64,000 nt of DNA from Chrysomallon squamiferum. Its lineage: Eukaryota; Animalia; Mollusca. Of this stretch, positions 13,901-28,645 are shown piece by piece. Location of the stretch: positions 13,330,001 through 13,394,000 of the forward strand of contig CM022679.1 in NCBI GenBank assembly GCA_012295275.1, read 5' to 3'. A program made the position numbers and the translations under genes. The notes beneath the pieces were generated by a model that worked only from the letters and a program-made list of their open reading frames with translations, was not told where the DNA came from and did not search any database. Positions within the stretch are counted from its first letter, which is position 1, and each line of letters begins with the position of its first letter.

Positions 13901-16900
13901 AGGGGAAAAAGGAAAAATGATAAAATTATTTTTGAGTACAAAACATACCTTGCATATGAACAAAAAAAAAAAAAAAAATAGATAGAAAGTAAATAGCATT
14001 ATCAAATGCATTACAATAAAAAGTTAAGCAGATATTAACATAAATGAAAATTAAAGTTTGCAGAAGTATTTTCAGATTAAAAGTGAAAACAGGGTTAATT
14101 CCAGACTTTGGCAACAATACTTTTTAAAATAAAACCTTCACTTTTAAACATCATTATCTTTGGCAATAAGAAAAAAGCAAAACAAAACAAAAAAAAAGTG
14201 TAACTATATCTTAATATTTAAAACTGAACACAAAAAAAAAATAATAAATTACATCAATGATGCAAAAGCACAATTTTTTGTTGATACTTTCAAAATACAG
14301 TTATGCTAAAACAACTGGCAGTTTGTCAATGAACCATATCTTATCACTGATGGCATCATGAGATGCTTAAACATAATAAAGCACAACCGTATTTAGAAAA
14401 AATATATTTCTTTTCAATACCAAAAACATTTAAATACTTTTCTAGATGCTTACAAGGAGAATTTCATAAGTCTGAAGTTATGTAACTCAAACACTCCTAA
14501 AAACATTACCCATTCGCAATTAAAACAATCAACTTTTTAGTTCTGCCTCCAGTTTTTGCACAAGAACAATTTTAATGCCTTATGTAATAATTAAAATTAT
14601 TTTTTTTTTTAAAGCAATTAGTATACAATCACCGGTGTATAGCATCATTAACATGTAATCATAACATTTGAAAATAACATGAACATTACTTAATGAAAGA
14701 CAGACAAAATTCAGAATTTAAACTGGGACTCAGAATATAAAACACTAGCACTAAACAAACAATTTGCACTGGAACCTGCACTCCACCATGTTTCAAAATA
14801 TACAAAAATGAAATCTACTATACTTATATTAATGCAAGTCAGTTTTTCTGGCTTTAAATCCTAAGTAAAGTTTTTATATTTTTTTTTAAATATTGCTACT
14901 TCTAATGCGCAGTACTGTGAAATCCAAAATGTGTAAAATCAACACTAACCTATTATAATTCTCTTATCTTTTACCTTTTAATTTAAACTGAATATATCTA
15001 TAATTAATGGGCCTTCTCTATAATAATCATTAAAGTATGAAATAAATTTCATAAACAAAAGGAGAATCATTCTTATACATAATAAGAAATATTGAGACTG
15101 ATATTTTCAGACTGGCTTTAAAAAAAGATATAAAAATAAATATATTAATAACAGTAATAATAATAATGATAATAATAATAACTCCTTTATCAAAAAGATT
15201 TAAACAAAAATGATAGTATTAGTAATACTTTAGTTATGATAATGGAAGACTATTCACAAACTGTCTGCTAAACCAAAACCATGACTAGAGCAGATATTCT
15301 ATCAATGGATATTAACTGTGATAATCTGAAAGCCATGTGGTATTTTGATTACACTTTTTTATATATATACATCTTTTTACCTTAGTATCCTTTTATATTT
15401 TGTGGAATGTTATTAAAACAGCAGTTTCACAATAATTAAAAAGTTCACCGTTAGCTCATATTTTAAAAGTATATTTTTAATTTTTAATTTTATTTTTTTA
15501 TATATTTTTTATATTTTTATTTTTAATTTTTTAAATATTTTTTGTTGTTGTTGCTTTTTAAAAACATAACAAGAATAAGTATATATTAATATTTTAGTAA
15601 TAACTTGCTTCAAAAATAAATACTCCAATACAAACAAAAAAAAAATTAAAATTAATAACGATAATAATAAAAGTACAAAATAAAAAAATAACTGAAGCAA
15701 TAATTTTAACTTACATCATGTAACAGTGAAAATATTATACTGTACAAAAGCTCCAGTATATAAAGTTACGGTTACATAACTGAGATCAGTTTTAAACATT
15801 TTCAAATAATGCCAAGTGTCATGCACATTGCACAAAAAACAAGACTGCATATAAACTAAATGTTTGTTAGTTTTCTTTCAAAGAATTATTTTAATCTGAG
15901 ACAATATTCCAGGTCTGTTCAAATCAACTGTTTTAAAAAAATATATATGTCTTTATCATGGTAATGTAATTTGTTTTACTGCACCAGTTAATTAATTCTA
16001 AAGAACTAAATGATTCATTAACAATCACCCAGCAATACTATAACTATACAATTTAAAACATTCACAACTTCAATAAAAAATATTTAAATAGTCACAACAA
16101 GATTTATATGAAAAATCAAAAAACATTCTTTGCACATTTAAAATTTCACTTTTATTCATATTAGCCAGGGGGTACCAAATACTGAGTCAACCTTGAAACT
16201 TGTTCGAACTTCCTTTTCAGTTTAACCAGTTAAATATAGAAAAGATATAAATTTTAATGTATATTAAGAAAAGGTCTGACTATTGCTTAATATTAAAAGC
16301 TTAAAAGAGAATGAAATTTTGAAACCTGTTTATTGGTCAAGCTGAATCCCAATATTAGAAACCAACCCAAGGGAGATAATTCACCAAAACAAAATCTAAT
16401 ATTTCTGAAAACTAAAGTAATATTTAAGTTAACTTTCTAGGAGAAAGAAAAAGAAGAAAAAACAACTTTAAAAGTTGTTTTCTCATATATATCAAAAGAA
16501 AACTGTCTAATTAAATAATGTAATAGTATTTATTTCAAAATAATAGATTTAATAATCCATTATTTTAAAAACCAAAATTTGCTGTAACAATAAGCCTCTG
16601 TGATTTCTCCCTATTATATTTAAGTAAACAGCGAATAATTTAATTATGATAAATCCAAGGTCAACATGAATGGAGCACAGTTTATACAAACAACATATAT
16701 AAAAAAAGTATCTCAACACTATCTTTTTTTCACCAACACAACAATAATCATCTTCTTTATCAATAATAAATTTGTCATCAAAACAATTGTTATATTTTTC
16801 TTTTGTGTAACATGCTTTCTGAACTTTTCACTTTGTTCAGATAATTTTTTTGAGAACATTTTCAATTACATCTGAAAAGATTTGCATCAAATATGTATTT

Positions 16901-17128
16901 TGAAATATTTACAGAAAAATATAACAAATGTATTCTAAGTAACAACCAATCTAGGAATGTAGAAATCTATTTCAAATATAACAGTTCAAAATGCAAGGAT
17001 AATTAATAATAATAATAATAATGATGTAAAAAAACAACAAAAAAAACAAACATTGAGAAACGCTAAAGCTACTGAATGGCAAAATCTCTCGACAGTTCTG
17101 TAGTGAAGTCCAGCACTCTTGTCTGCAG

Positions 17129-20100
17129 TTAGTAGGTGCCATCTCCAGTTCTTTCTTTTCGCTTCTTTATAACGTCGGCTGGGATTTTCTTTCGGTCATA
17201 AGCCAAACCCAGTAAAGCACACGTATCAATGAACAGGGTCGTTATATTGAAGTGCCAGCCAAACTCACTGGTGCAGTAGTCTTGAGGGAACACATGGTGG
17301 TAGTTATGGAAACCCTCGCCGATGGCACTCAAAGCAACTGTCGAGTTCTCCCTCGGGTTGATGCGGCTGTCGTAGGGTCGCATGCCCCACATGTGGGCGA
17401 CACTGTTTATCATCCAGGTGGCATGAAGCAAAATGCAGAATCGCAGGAGGTTGAGGAATGCGGCATTGTGAAAGGTTTCATTCCACATGTACCAAGGGAC
17501 TAGTGTTGGGATGACGAAACAGAAAATCAACACAGCAGGCTTGTAGAATCTATAAAAGTAAAGGTAACTTGAGAACTGAAGTTAGTTCCATTATTATTGT
17601 TTACAGTATATTTATAAATCAAATTACATGATGCCATACTGATGTTGTCTTTGGCGGTAAAACCAATTTTTACCATTTCATAATGATGTTATTTGCTGTA
17701 AAGGATGAATCTTTGCTGATAAAACTATGACAATATAATAATGACAGTCATGTGAACATACACGAATGACATTTTTTCTATTCTGCTTTGAAGAAAATAC
17801 AGAAAATATAAATATGTGCACAACTGCTAATCAGTTTATAAGTGTCTTTTTCCTTTATTTTTATAGATTTCTGCTTATTAAATGTTTTCACTATAAAATG
17901 GACAAATGAAGCCTCTTGAACTTACTATTTTATTTTCATAATTTATTGTGAGAAAGAACTGATCATCAGAAACAAAAGAATTACTCTGAGATCTACCACA
18001 TCTGCTTAGCCTATTAATTATTATCTGATAATTTGAACTGCTTTCACTTTATAGTTTACAAAAAGCAAATAAATTATCTTAACAAAGCTTGATAAACAAA
18101 TATTAAAAAGTTGGATCTGAACTTGTACTGATTTTGAAAAAGTTAAAAAGAACCAACAAACATGGAAACAATGGCCTTCTAGAATGTAACTGTGATCTAA
18201 ACTGACTAATATAACAAAAAATTAAATTAATAAATAAATAAATACAAAAAAAAAAATTTAAAATGTTAAATGATGAACAAAAAAATAACATATTCCTAAG
18301 ATTTTTAACAGCTATTATAATAATTATCTCAAACCTTCTATGGATTCTGTGCACTGGGTCCTTGGAGACATCAGACAGAATAAAACCAACAAAATCAGAA
18401 ACAGTACAATGATAACATATTCCTATCAAAAGTGTGTAACAGTTATTACAGTAATTGTTACAAACCTCCTCTGGACTCTACACACTGGATCATTGTATAC
18501 GTCAGACATGTCAAGTTGTTTCCCCTTGGCTGCTACCTCAGGGTGTTTCTTCACCAACAGCCAGCCCATGTGAGAGAAGAAAAACCCTCTCTTGGCATTA
18601 TGAGGGTCGCCATCAGTCTCCGAATACTTGTGGTGCACTCGGTGGTCCCGTACCCATTCAATGATGTCGTTCTGTTCCAAATAAACAAAATGAGACATTA
18701 AGGAAATATTCAGAACAGAAAATAGGAACATACTATCCATTTAGCGAATGGAAATGTCATTTTAGCACAATGAATAACTTTTAAAAATATATATATTATC
18801 TTTCATACAAGCAAATATCCAGTCCACAAAAACTGAGCAAGAATGTTATCATAAGTAGTCTACCATTTATGCAGAACAATATATTAAAAAAAAAATAATC
18901 AAGAAATAAAAGAAAAACAAGAAAAAAAAAACTCCATTAATATTGATCAACAAATGGACTGTCATAAAAATGTATAAATATTTTTCAAAACAAGTTTAAT
19001 ACTAATATATATTTTGAAGAAAACTGATGAGGTTTATTGGTTTGACACATTTTGCACATTCTAGCTACATCTTAACCATGAAGGAATTAGAAAAAGATGG
19101 TTTTTCAGTGTTTTCATAAAATACTATATATATATATATATATATATAACCAATATATTTATTCATGTACATTATGCTTCATGACTAAATGACTACATGT
19201 TAAGTAAAGCAATCTGAAAAAGATGGCTTGTCAATACTATTCATAAAATGTATTCATTTTTAATATTTTAACAACACATTTATTCATACAAATTCTAACC
19301 TGAAGTGATCCAGCCTGCATGATGGCTAACAAGATCCTCAAAGGCAGTTTGGCTTTGTATGATCTGTGAGACCACAATCGATGCACTCCAGCTGTAACAC
19401 CCAGTGCACAGAACAGGTACCAGAACACTACTGCAAAACCGAAAAAAAAAAAAAAAAAAAAATTAGAAACTAACATACAAAACTATAATTAAAAACATTG
19501 AACTTTGAACAGGATCCTCTGTATATTGGAATTTCCTCTAAACCAAATATATTCAGTGCTCCCATTAATCCAGAAAAATGGAAACCCCTCACTCTGAACA
19601 GAAAGCATTTGTTCCCATTTAGGTTTATCTGGCTTTAGGAGAATAATAATTAGTATTTTCCTATTTTAAAATGAAGTCATACAAGACCTATCAATGATTC
19701 ATGTTGTTTTTTGTTTTTTTCAAATAAGCTGAAGCTCAGTATATCAGCAAAATCAATTATTTCATCTGCAGATGTCTCTTAAAACATTAATCTAACTTCA
19801 TACAATGAGGGATAATGGGTTTTGGTTCATAATATATACATAACAATTTTACTTTTAATTCTTTGACAACAGACCAAGCTATCAATAAATTCAATACAAA
19901 CAATGGAAAAAGAAACAGTTCTTGAGAATTTAAATTATGAAACAGATACTTTTAAGCAACTGTTTGAGGTTTATTTTTCAAAATTAAAATACTCACACCA
20001 GGCTAAGGTGAGCAGTTTGGCTTTTGGGAGCAGCCAAATTGCATAAATAGATCCAATGTGGAATGTAATGTAGATGATGACATTTCTCCAGACTATTTTC

Positions 20101-20210
20101 ATCGGAGGTCTCTTCTGAGCATGTGTTGCCTCAGTAATAGCTGGTTCCACTTCATCTGTAGGAAGCAGAAAATCATCTTCTCCAGCATCAATAATGTTTC
20201 TTGGGGCCAT
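17129..20210 (-). CDS. SCD: Stearoyl-CoA (acyl-CoA delta-9) desaturase, 4 coding exons, about 323 aa
   Basis: Exons 20210-19997, 19430-19300, 18671-18466 and 17549-17129, all GT-AG with consistent phases (972 nt). It has three His boxes (HRLWSH, HRVHH, HNYHH) plus IVWRN, DPHNAKRGFFFSHMGW and INSVAHMWG. There is no fused cytochrome b5 domain. Confidence 0.96.
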
Positions 20211-22103
20211 CTTTAGGTTGCATTTACTAGAACAAAATAAAATAAAATAAAATTAAATTAAATTAAATACTCATTTATATTTTTTAACAAAAACTAGTTT
20301 GTCAAATGAGAACACATAATTGCTTTATAATAAAGCCTAGATGTATACATTTCCATTACCTACAAAAAAACAACAACAAAGTGATTAAAAGCCAGATTTG
20401 TTACGAAGCAGACACTGTGCAGCAGGAAAATCCCACAGCGTAATACAACAGATCAATAAAATAAATCTACTCACTGGCTGCTGACTGCCTGGCCTGCCTG
20501 GCCTGTCCAATCAGAGAGCAACTAGTGTACACTTGTTTCTGACAGTCAGCAGCACAGTCATAATCTATTATTAATTATTACATGTTGTAATAGGGAAATC
20601 CACGACGACATTAATTAATCTTATAACGACAATGTTAGCCTAAATTGTGTATTTTAAATTTTTATGGTTTAACTAGCTTTTTAACAACCACTTCTATAAT
20701 TTCTTTACTTTTTTTTTTTTTTTTTTTTTTAATCAAAAATTAATTATTTGAATTTTATTTATCCGCTTCATTTTTTCTAATATAATAATGATGAGTCTGT
20801 TTTAAATAATAGAAAGTTTAACTTTTTTAATTTACAAAACTGTGTTTCAAACTAACCATAGAATAGTCTCTCATACATAAATACACACACTCTGACAGGA
20901 ATTGATTAATGGGCTTTGTACACTGTGTGTGCAAGTAAGTGACTAATATAGGTACTGTTGTTTTTGATTAGATAAGACTTTGTATCAAAGTCAACAAAAT
21001 AAAGTTTACCACAACACCCTGCTTGTACCAGAAATGTGCTGTGTGAAGTCAATGCATCTTATCTGATAAAGGCTATTGTTATTAGTCACGTAAACTGTTG
21101 ATAGGCACATGGATTGTGGCTTTAATTATGTTGATCAAAGTTTAATTCATTAAGATAAAAAGTTGAGGCGCAAAACAATCAAACGTGGACCCATTGTTTT
21201 CATTCTGATTCCAGTCAGAATTCCTTCAACTACTATGGTTTTGTGCTCTAAACAAAATAAAGGAAGATATTAAATATGTGGGGGTTCTGGTGGGGGGGGG
21301 TAACATTCTTTAACAAGCAACAAATTTCTTTATCAGTATTATCTACCTCTGTTCAAATTGGTTTGATAAGAATCACTTCAAAAATGCAGTTCTTGCTGTA
21401 TGTCAAATTTTTATCTTATTCAGTGACTTTCGTCATTTAGTCACATGATGTTGTCAAATGATATCACCGTTTTCATCATCTAATTTCTAAATTTAACTGT
21501 TGATAAACACGTATACTATTCACAAGTTATTGCTTTTATGTTTTGCTTTGTTTTGTTTTGTTTTGTTTTCTTGTTTCTGAAATTATTATCTGACTGACAG
21601 TTTTGTTACACATGTTAGTTCAGTTTACATTTATTACCAAGTGACAAACACTAAATAAATAACAGGTGTGATTTTATTCACGTAGATCTATTTCTATTAT
21701 ACACAAACTATTTTAAGTTCAGTGAGATGAAGGAAACATGTAAATGGATACATTTAACAAACTAATATTATATGACGTTGGTTCAGCCATCATAAACTGG
21801 CTGTGATTTGAAAACTATTAATGTTTTCAGTTAACTTCATAAATATGCTGTTAAAACTGTAATTTTGGGGGAGAGCTGGGTCTGTGGTGGTTAGAGTGAA
21901 TATGCGTAACAGATTACAATGAAATGTCTGTTAAATGAACTTTGGAACTAACAACAGGAAATTCAAACGTAATTGTCCAAATAGCCTGTTGTCATTTCAG
22001 TGGACAGATAAAGAGGTCTTCAAGAAAGTGACAGTTATTTGCTTATTCTATGTCATTACTCTTTGAGATAGGGGTTGGCAGCAGTTACAATTAATTTTCT
22101 TAA

Positions 22104-22155
<52 letters not shown>

Positions 22156-22450
22156 TTTTTTTTTTTTACAATTGATTCACTGGAAAAATTACACAACAGT
22201 TTTGAATTTTTTTTTTTTTTTTAAATCAATAGATATGGTATTATGTGTGACACAGAGCTTAGAAGGTGTCTGAGTGGATGCATTCCCAAGTTACTACATG
22301 TCAACAGTAATTCAAAATGGTATCTACAACCTGTTCAAAAATAGATCTCACTTATAAGTTGCACATGCTTACACTAGTCTAAAAATAATAATAGTCTAAT
22401 CTGACATTTTTAATGTGCCAATTTTTTGTACAATATTCATACATATAAAG

Positions 22451-22483
<33 letters not shown>

Positions 22484-25400
22484 TATGCACATATAAAGAT
22501 TTTTGAAAGAAATTTTAATTTTTTCATAAACATATCTTCGAGGAAAACAATATATTAAAGAAAGATTTTCACATTTTTTAAACTAACAATAAAGTAAAAG
22601 ACATCTGAAATCTAGAAAAAGCCTCTTGGGCAAGCCAGTAATGTTTCATATTTGCACATCATTAGAGGGTAATTATCATTTACACTTGTGACTTTTGTTC
22701 AGTTCATGCATACGTGCACATTTACATCGTTACTCAGTGATTATGCTTCAGGTTGTTATTGTTGTTTTTTTAGCGTGTGAGCTGTAGATAAACTGTTTTC
22801 ACAGATAAAGGAACAAACTTTGTAAAATTAATCTGTTACATATACATCGTCCATTTTTGGACTACGCAATACAAATGAAATGTTACCGAGTCATATAAAT
22901 GAATTTCCATAACCTCATTCTTTAATTTGTAAAACACTGCTATTCACTCAGACATATGTGTGTCTCTGCATATGAATACGTGTGTGGAAAACACACATCT
23001 CTTTAAGCATTTTTACTAGTTTTGAACAGGTTTAAATTCATGTACCCAACTTTGTACTGAAGACTGACATTTTTAGTACACAACAATAATTATAAGCTTC
23101 TTTGAAACTGAAATTTTATAATGCTGCTCAAAAATCCATAGTGAACTTCATCTAAACATGTTATATGTTGGCTCTGATACTGATTTAAGTTTTCACAGAT
23201 TTTTATGCTAAGACTGGAACAGAACATTGGTGATAGTTTTCATACAGAAGCTCTCCACTGCTAATAATAAAAAAAACAATAATGAAGTGGGCATGGGTCA
23301 GCATGGTCTTTAACTTTATGCACAACTCCATAAAAAAACATATATTTAAACATTTTATTGCTGTTAAATAAAATATTTCTCGTTTCCTTCAGAGCTAACT
23401 CTGGAACATAAACATTGCAGTTCCTCTTTGTCTCAAACTAATATTCTTACTCCCTAATCTAACACAACCTTGGACTGACTGTAATGCTGACATCTTCTTT
23501 CATTTGATAAATGCCACAGTGATCCATCGACCACTATTACAGAGTACTTCTTGATCGCTTGCCAGCAGACAAACTCGAACTAATGAAATATTCTGACTGA
23601 AATGAACCTTTACTCCTTTGGGATTAAAACTTAACTGGTACTACTTAAATAGTCGTGTTGTGCTACTGCATGTATTTATAATGAATGTATCACTAACAAG
23701 AATTATTTAAATTCTGATTGTAATTATTTAAATAAATAGTAAATATCATAAAAAGGTGACAACTATATCAGACATTTTAAAACTGGAGTAGTTTTGATCT
23801 AGAAATATTACATTTTTTAAGCAGCACTACCTAGCTAAGTATCACCAACTCTAGGACCTGTGACTAAATGTAGCACTGATTTGAACTTAAACATTTTTCC
23901 AACCAGAACTTTGAACTCTGTATCAGACATGTCATTGTCACGTTCCAACAATCTGTCATCACTGAACTTTTATATATTTATTTTAAAGGTTGTAAAGTTT
24001 AACTGTCATGCAGCACGATGAAATAATTATTACCCTCCCAAAAAAGATCTTTATTTATTGAAAACTGTTGGTATATTAATGTAATAAGTAGTACAGAAAA
24101 CAAATAAAATAAAATAAAATAAAATAATATAAAAATGAAAAATAGAGGACATAATGGAATCAGTATTCATGGATCTCTATAGACAAATGTATCAACTTTA
24201 ACTATAGAAAATATTGTACTTTGACAGCATAAATTAAGACTTTATTTTATCATAATTTTTTTATCTTCCACATGAAATTTTATACAGATTATGTAATAAT
24301 ATTTATGTTTAAGATTGACATTTTAAAGCGATATCAACTGTTGAACTTTAGACTACTGGATTTTTCAGGATTAATTTCAGTAAAATAATAATTTTTTCTT
24401 CCATGTATACCAAAAAAACAAGCATATGAATATGACATATATTGTTCACATATGAAAGGGTAACTTATTTTTATAAAACAAAATTTCTACTTTAGAGCTG
24501 TTAATCTTATCACAAAAAAAGAAAAATAACCATTTAATTCTTGATCAATATTATTTTCATGATTTTTTGATTTCTAGTCAGTGATGTATACAAATATGAA
24601 TCTGTAAAGGTACTCTTGGCTAATATCAGTTTGGGAAAGATCTAGCAACAGTAAGAATGTAAAAATTAGTGATTTGCAAATCCTAAAATCAATTTTGCTT
24701 TTCTTTATAAACTGTTATGAGGATTCATGCTTCCATGAAAACCACTGTTAATGTGCTATTTCTGTACCAGCTTAGAGTTTGCCTAAATGAACATTCAACT
24801 CCAGAACTGAGTCGTCTAGAAATTTACTTAAATGAAGTCTGCAGTATATTTTGAATGTATACAACAGAGCAAATGTTAAAGGTTGTTTCCAGTTTTATTG
24901 ATTAATTCAAATTAAAATGGCTATAGAGAATAATAAGCTAATGCTTGTCAATTCTCCTTTATAAAGACTGCAAAGAAGCTTGTAATCATTTAAAGTTTAA
25001 TATACTGATATGCTGGTTACGTATCAGAATAAAACATTTTGCCTCATATTACAATTACATGCATATTCCTTTTCCTGAGTATTTACTGTATTTAAGTCAA
25101 TTTAAAACATTCAGAATATGCTGAAAGTTCTGGTTTCAAATACATGTGACAACATATATGACAAATACTTATATATATAGATATTAAAAAAAAAAAAAAA
25201 AAAAAAAAATTAAAAAAAGAAAAGAAGAAATAAATTTGGTTTTTGGTTTAAAAAACATATCAGCAGTCCATAATAAAAATAACAAAAATAATAACTGGTA
25301 GAATTGTTGGGTTTTTTTTTTTTTTTTTTTTTTACTAATTTAAAACAATAACTTATTGATTTCAAGTGCAGAATTTGTATTTCTTTGTGTTCTCATTTTT

Positions 25401-27435
25401 CTGTTATTTTTGAATTTGCAACAATGCAAAACTTTTTCAAAATGGCAAAAGTAATCTGTGACCTCCATGATGAAGAGATTTTAGGAAAAAGATTCTGCAC
25501 CTTCAGAACAAGAAAACTAATTTGATTTTGTGGTAAATTTTTGGAAATAACTATATTCTTGTCAAAGGGTTTTCTGTAATGTATTGAATCTGTTTCAAGA
25601 ATTGTCCTTATTGTTTTGTGATCACTGGTATTTTAAATTTACAGTTTGAGATGGCATCTGTGTGTGATAAGATAATAATCATTAAAAATCCTATTACTGG
25701 AATTTTTGCATCATCACAGATTATGAATATTTTAGAAAATGTATTGTAATATAAGAAAATAATTTAAACTGTTTGACCTTTGACCCAAAATATTTAACTG
25801 ACTGACATCCAAGTTCTTTTCATTGTTCTGAAAAAGTACATTTCAAAATACACTGATAAAAAATTCTGGGAATAAATATTATTGTGTTTTTAATTTTTGG
25901 GGGGTGGGTAATCCTAGGACTTATTTTTGTAGAATATTCCACAAATTCTTTTTGTTTAAACCTTTTAGAATAAAAATAAAAATGATTGCATCATGTGACC
26001 TTTCATCCTTGAAAATTATTTTAATGAATATCACACACATTCACACACACACTCACAAAAAGAGAAAGAAAATAATAACTGGTTCTGGGGTTTAATATTT
26101 TAACTTACTGAATATAATAATTAAAATATTAATACACCAATTTGATATACTGAATTTGGATTTTTTAGTGAATCACCAATTAATTATATCTTATGTATCT
26201 GAAATAAACTTTTGAAAATGATATCAAACAAGACATGAAAATTGTACACAGCTAACTTAAAAGACTTAAAAGATATTATTGTTGAACAATTTTGGGGCCC
26301 AAAAGTGTTTTATCTTTTTGAAAAAAGAAGTCTCAAACATGACTTTGCATCAAAGTGCTTGAAATATCTACAATCATCCATTTTTGAAGAAAAACTTCAC
26401 CTCTTAAAACTAAATTAGCTTTATAGTTCATTTTGTTTTGGTTACCTAGTTGAAATTTTAGACTTAGGTGTTTATGAAAATATTTCTTTAATTACAATAA
26501 CTATTTTCAACTGTTTATGTACCTTGCAGCAAATTTAGCTCATTAGATTTTCTAAATATTTCAGAAAAAATGTTGAATGGGTAGAAAATATCAATAGGGA
26601 AATAAGTTGGGGTTTTTTTTTTTGAATTATCCCATATGGTTAAAATTCATGATCACTTACATATATATAATTCTTTTATCAACTTTTTAATTATTATTCC
26701 ATATTGTTGGCTTTCTTATTCTCCCAACCTGTAATTACCTTTAACAAAATCATGAGAGCAATGGGGTGAGGAGATAAAAAAAAAATAGTGTATTGTAGTT
26801 TCAAGGATTGCATCATATGTTCTTTCAGAAATATGTTAACAAATGTCAACATGAAAACATTCAGGAATCTATTATTTTTTTTTAATAAAAATAAAATATG
26901 CTTAAAGAAATATGAAATAAAAAGAATGAGAAAGAAAGAAAGACAGAAAGAAAAAGAAAGAAATATGTATATATGTATAATCAGTCATGTTATAAAAATA
27001 ATTAGCTATTTAAACATTTCTATTTTAATCATGTGTATTTAAATCATAGTTTGAATGGGTGGCATTAAAAAATAATAATAATAAATAAATAATAAAAAAA
27101 AAAATAATAATAATAAAAAAAAATAAACAAGACATTTATATTTTAAAGTAAAACAAATAATATTAAAAAGAATATTAATTAGGATGGCCTACCCCACAAA
27201 AATATTGTGAAGGATATATATTTTTTTTAAAAGTGACTTTCTACCTTATTCTAATTTCTATAATAAATCAGTATTTCAAAATTTTAAAATTAAATGTTTC
27301 ATATTAAATCCAGTCAGATTTGACATTTCAAAATAAATAAGTACATAATGGAAATAATAATAATATCAAATAAATTATGTAAGAATAAACACTCTTCAAT
27401 CTTGCATAAAAATAAAAATACAATTTTAAAAATAC

Positions 27436-27480
27436 CTGCAAAAGTCGAAGCGTCTGCACAGATTAAATCTTCCGACTGAA
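27436..27480 (-). other. SCD: Probable non-coding first exon of SCD (about 7.2-kb first intron to the acceptor before 20226)
   Basis: CAG|GTATTT donor at 27436/27435, a TCAGT initiator-like motif near 27478, local CpG enrichment, and an SRE cluster just upstream. The coding exon has an acceptor 16 nt before its ATG. Confidence 0.55.
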
Positions 27481-27533
27481 GATTAAACGAACTGTTCGTT
27501 GTTGATGAAGCAAGACAAACGGCGAACCGGCGA

Positions 27534-27592
27534 ATGGCGTGATTCTCCAATTATGGTGTGATGACCTCAAAATGTGCACGCCACTCACGTAA
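27534..27592 (-). promoter_or_regulatory. SREBP sites (SRE) plus an NF-Y CCAAT box and a nuclear-receptor half-site: putative SCD promoter
   Basis: Minus-strand ATCACGCCAT (27534-27543) and ATCACACCAT (27553-27562) flank CCAAT (27547-27551). Also AGGTCA (27562-27567), GCACGCCAC (27576-27584) and TCACGTAA (27585-27592). Confidence 0.65.
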
Positions 27593-28564
27593 CACACGTT
27601 TGTAGGACGTTCCTTAAATTAGTCCGATATTGTTCCGGTATAAAAAATTTAAATATTTTAATAAAATATTTACATTAATATATGTGAAGAAATTATGTAA
27701 GCCTAAGGAAAATTCATGTTTTCGGCGAAGACAATTCTCATGAATTTCCTGCTAGCATGCAGACAACAACAAATCGATAATTATTTCGGTGTTAACCTTA
27801 AGCCGAAACTGCCGAAAATGCCGATAGTACTGCCCTTGTAAATTTCAAACATAATTATTTTCAGATACAGTTTATCACCAAAAAAAAAAAAAAAAAAAAA
27901 TATTTTAACAACGAATTATTTATTTATTTATTATTATTATTTTTTTTTTTATGCCAACGAAAAATTATTAAATACTAGAGAATCGGGCCCGTATGCATGA
28001 ATTTGTTTACTTTTCGCTGTATTGTTTTTTCGTTGTTTTGTTTTTTCGTTTTTTGTGGTGCGTTTATTTTATTATTTTAATTATTTAATTATTTTTATTT
28101 ATTTTTATTTTTATTCTGTTTTAAAACTATCTGTTGTGGGATTTCATGAAATCTTATTTTTGTACTTTTGCTCTTAATTTTATTCTTTTTAAACAGCCTT
28201 TTGATATAGAAACCAATATGTGTATATAATGTTTGTTTTTGAATTTGCATAACCTAATAAGTTGAATATCTAAAAAAAAAAAAAAAAAAAAAAAGTTTTT
28301 AAAGATATCTACTCCAGACTTAGCAGATGCATATTAAGTTTATACTATATTTATTATTTTTCCTTATTAAAAATGTTTTTCTTTATGCCTAAACAAATTT
28401 TTCTATTAATAAATAGAATGAAAATGGTACTTTTAACTGGACAAATATGCATTATGGCTTGAAAATTAACAATTGTATTGCCATCAAACAAAAAATTTTA
28501 AGTTTGTTTATCATATATATTTTCAATTATTTGAAGTAATACCCTTATGAATGTGCGTATATCT

Positions 28565-28601
28565 GTGTGAGTGCATGTGTGTGTGTGTGCATGTGTGAGT
28601 G

Positions 28602-28641
<40 letters not shown>
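28565..28641. repeat. Interrupted (GT)n microsatellite
   Basis: GT runs interrupted by gcat and gagt. Confidence 0.9.

Positions 28642-28645
<4 letters not shown>

Noticed and set aside
17252-18701. Plus-strand ORFs antisense to SCD exons
   Set aside because: Shadow ORFs of GC-richer coding exons, with no recognisable motifs.
25700-26560. Transposon-like low-information sequence (tttgacctttgacc, gaaatttt motifs) in SCD intron 1
   Set aside because: It resembles the internal part of the 51457-52288 element only loosely. I found no termini or TSD, so boundaries cannot be supported.
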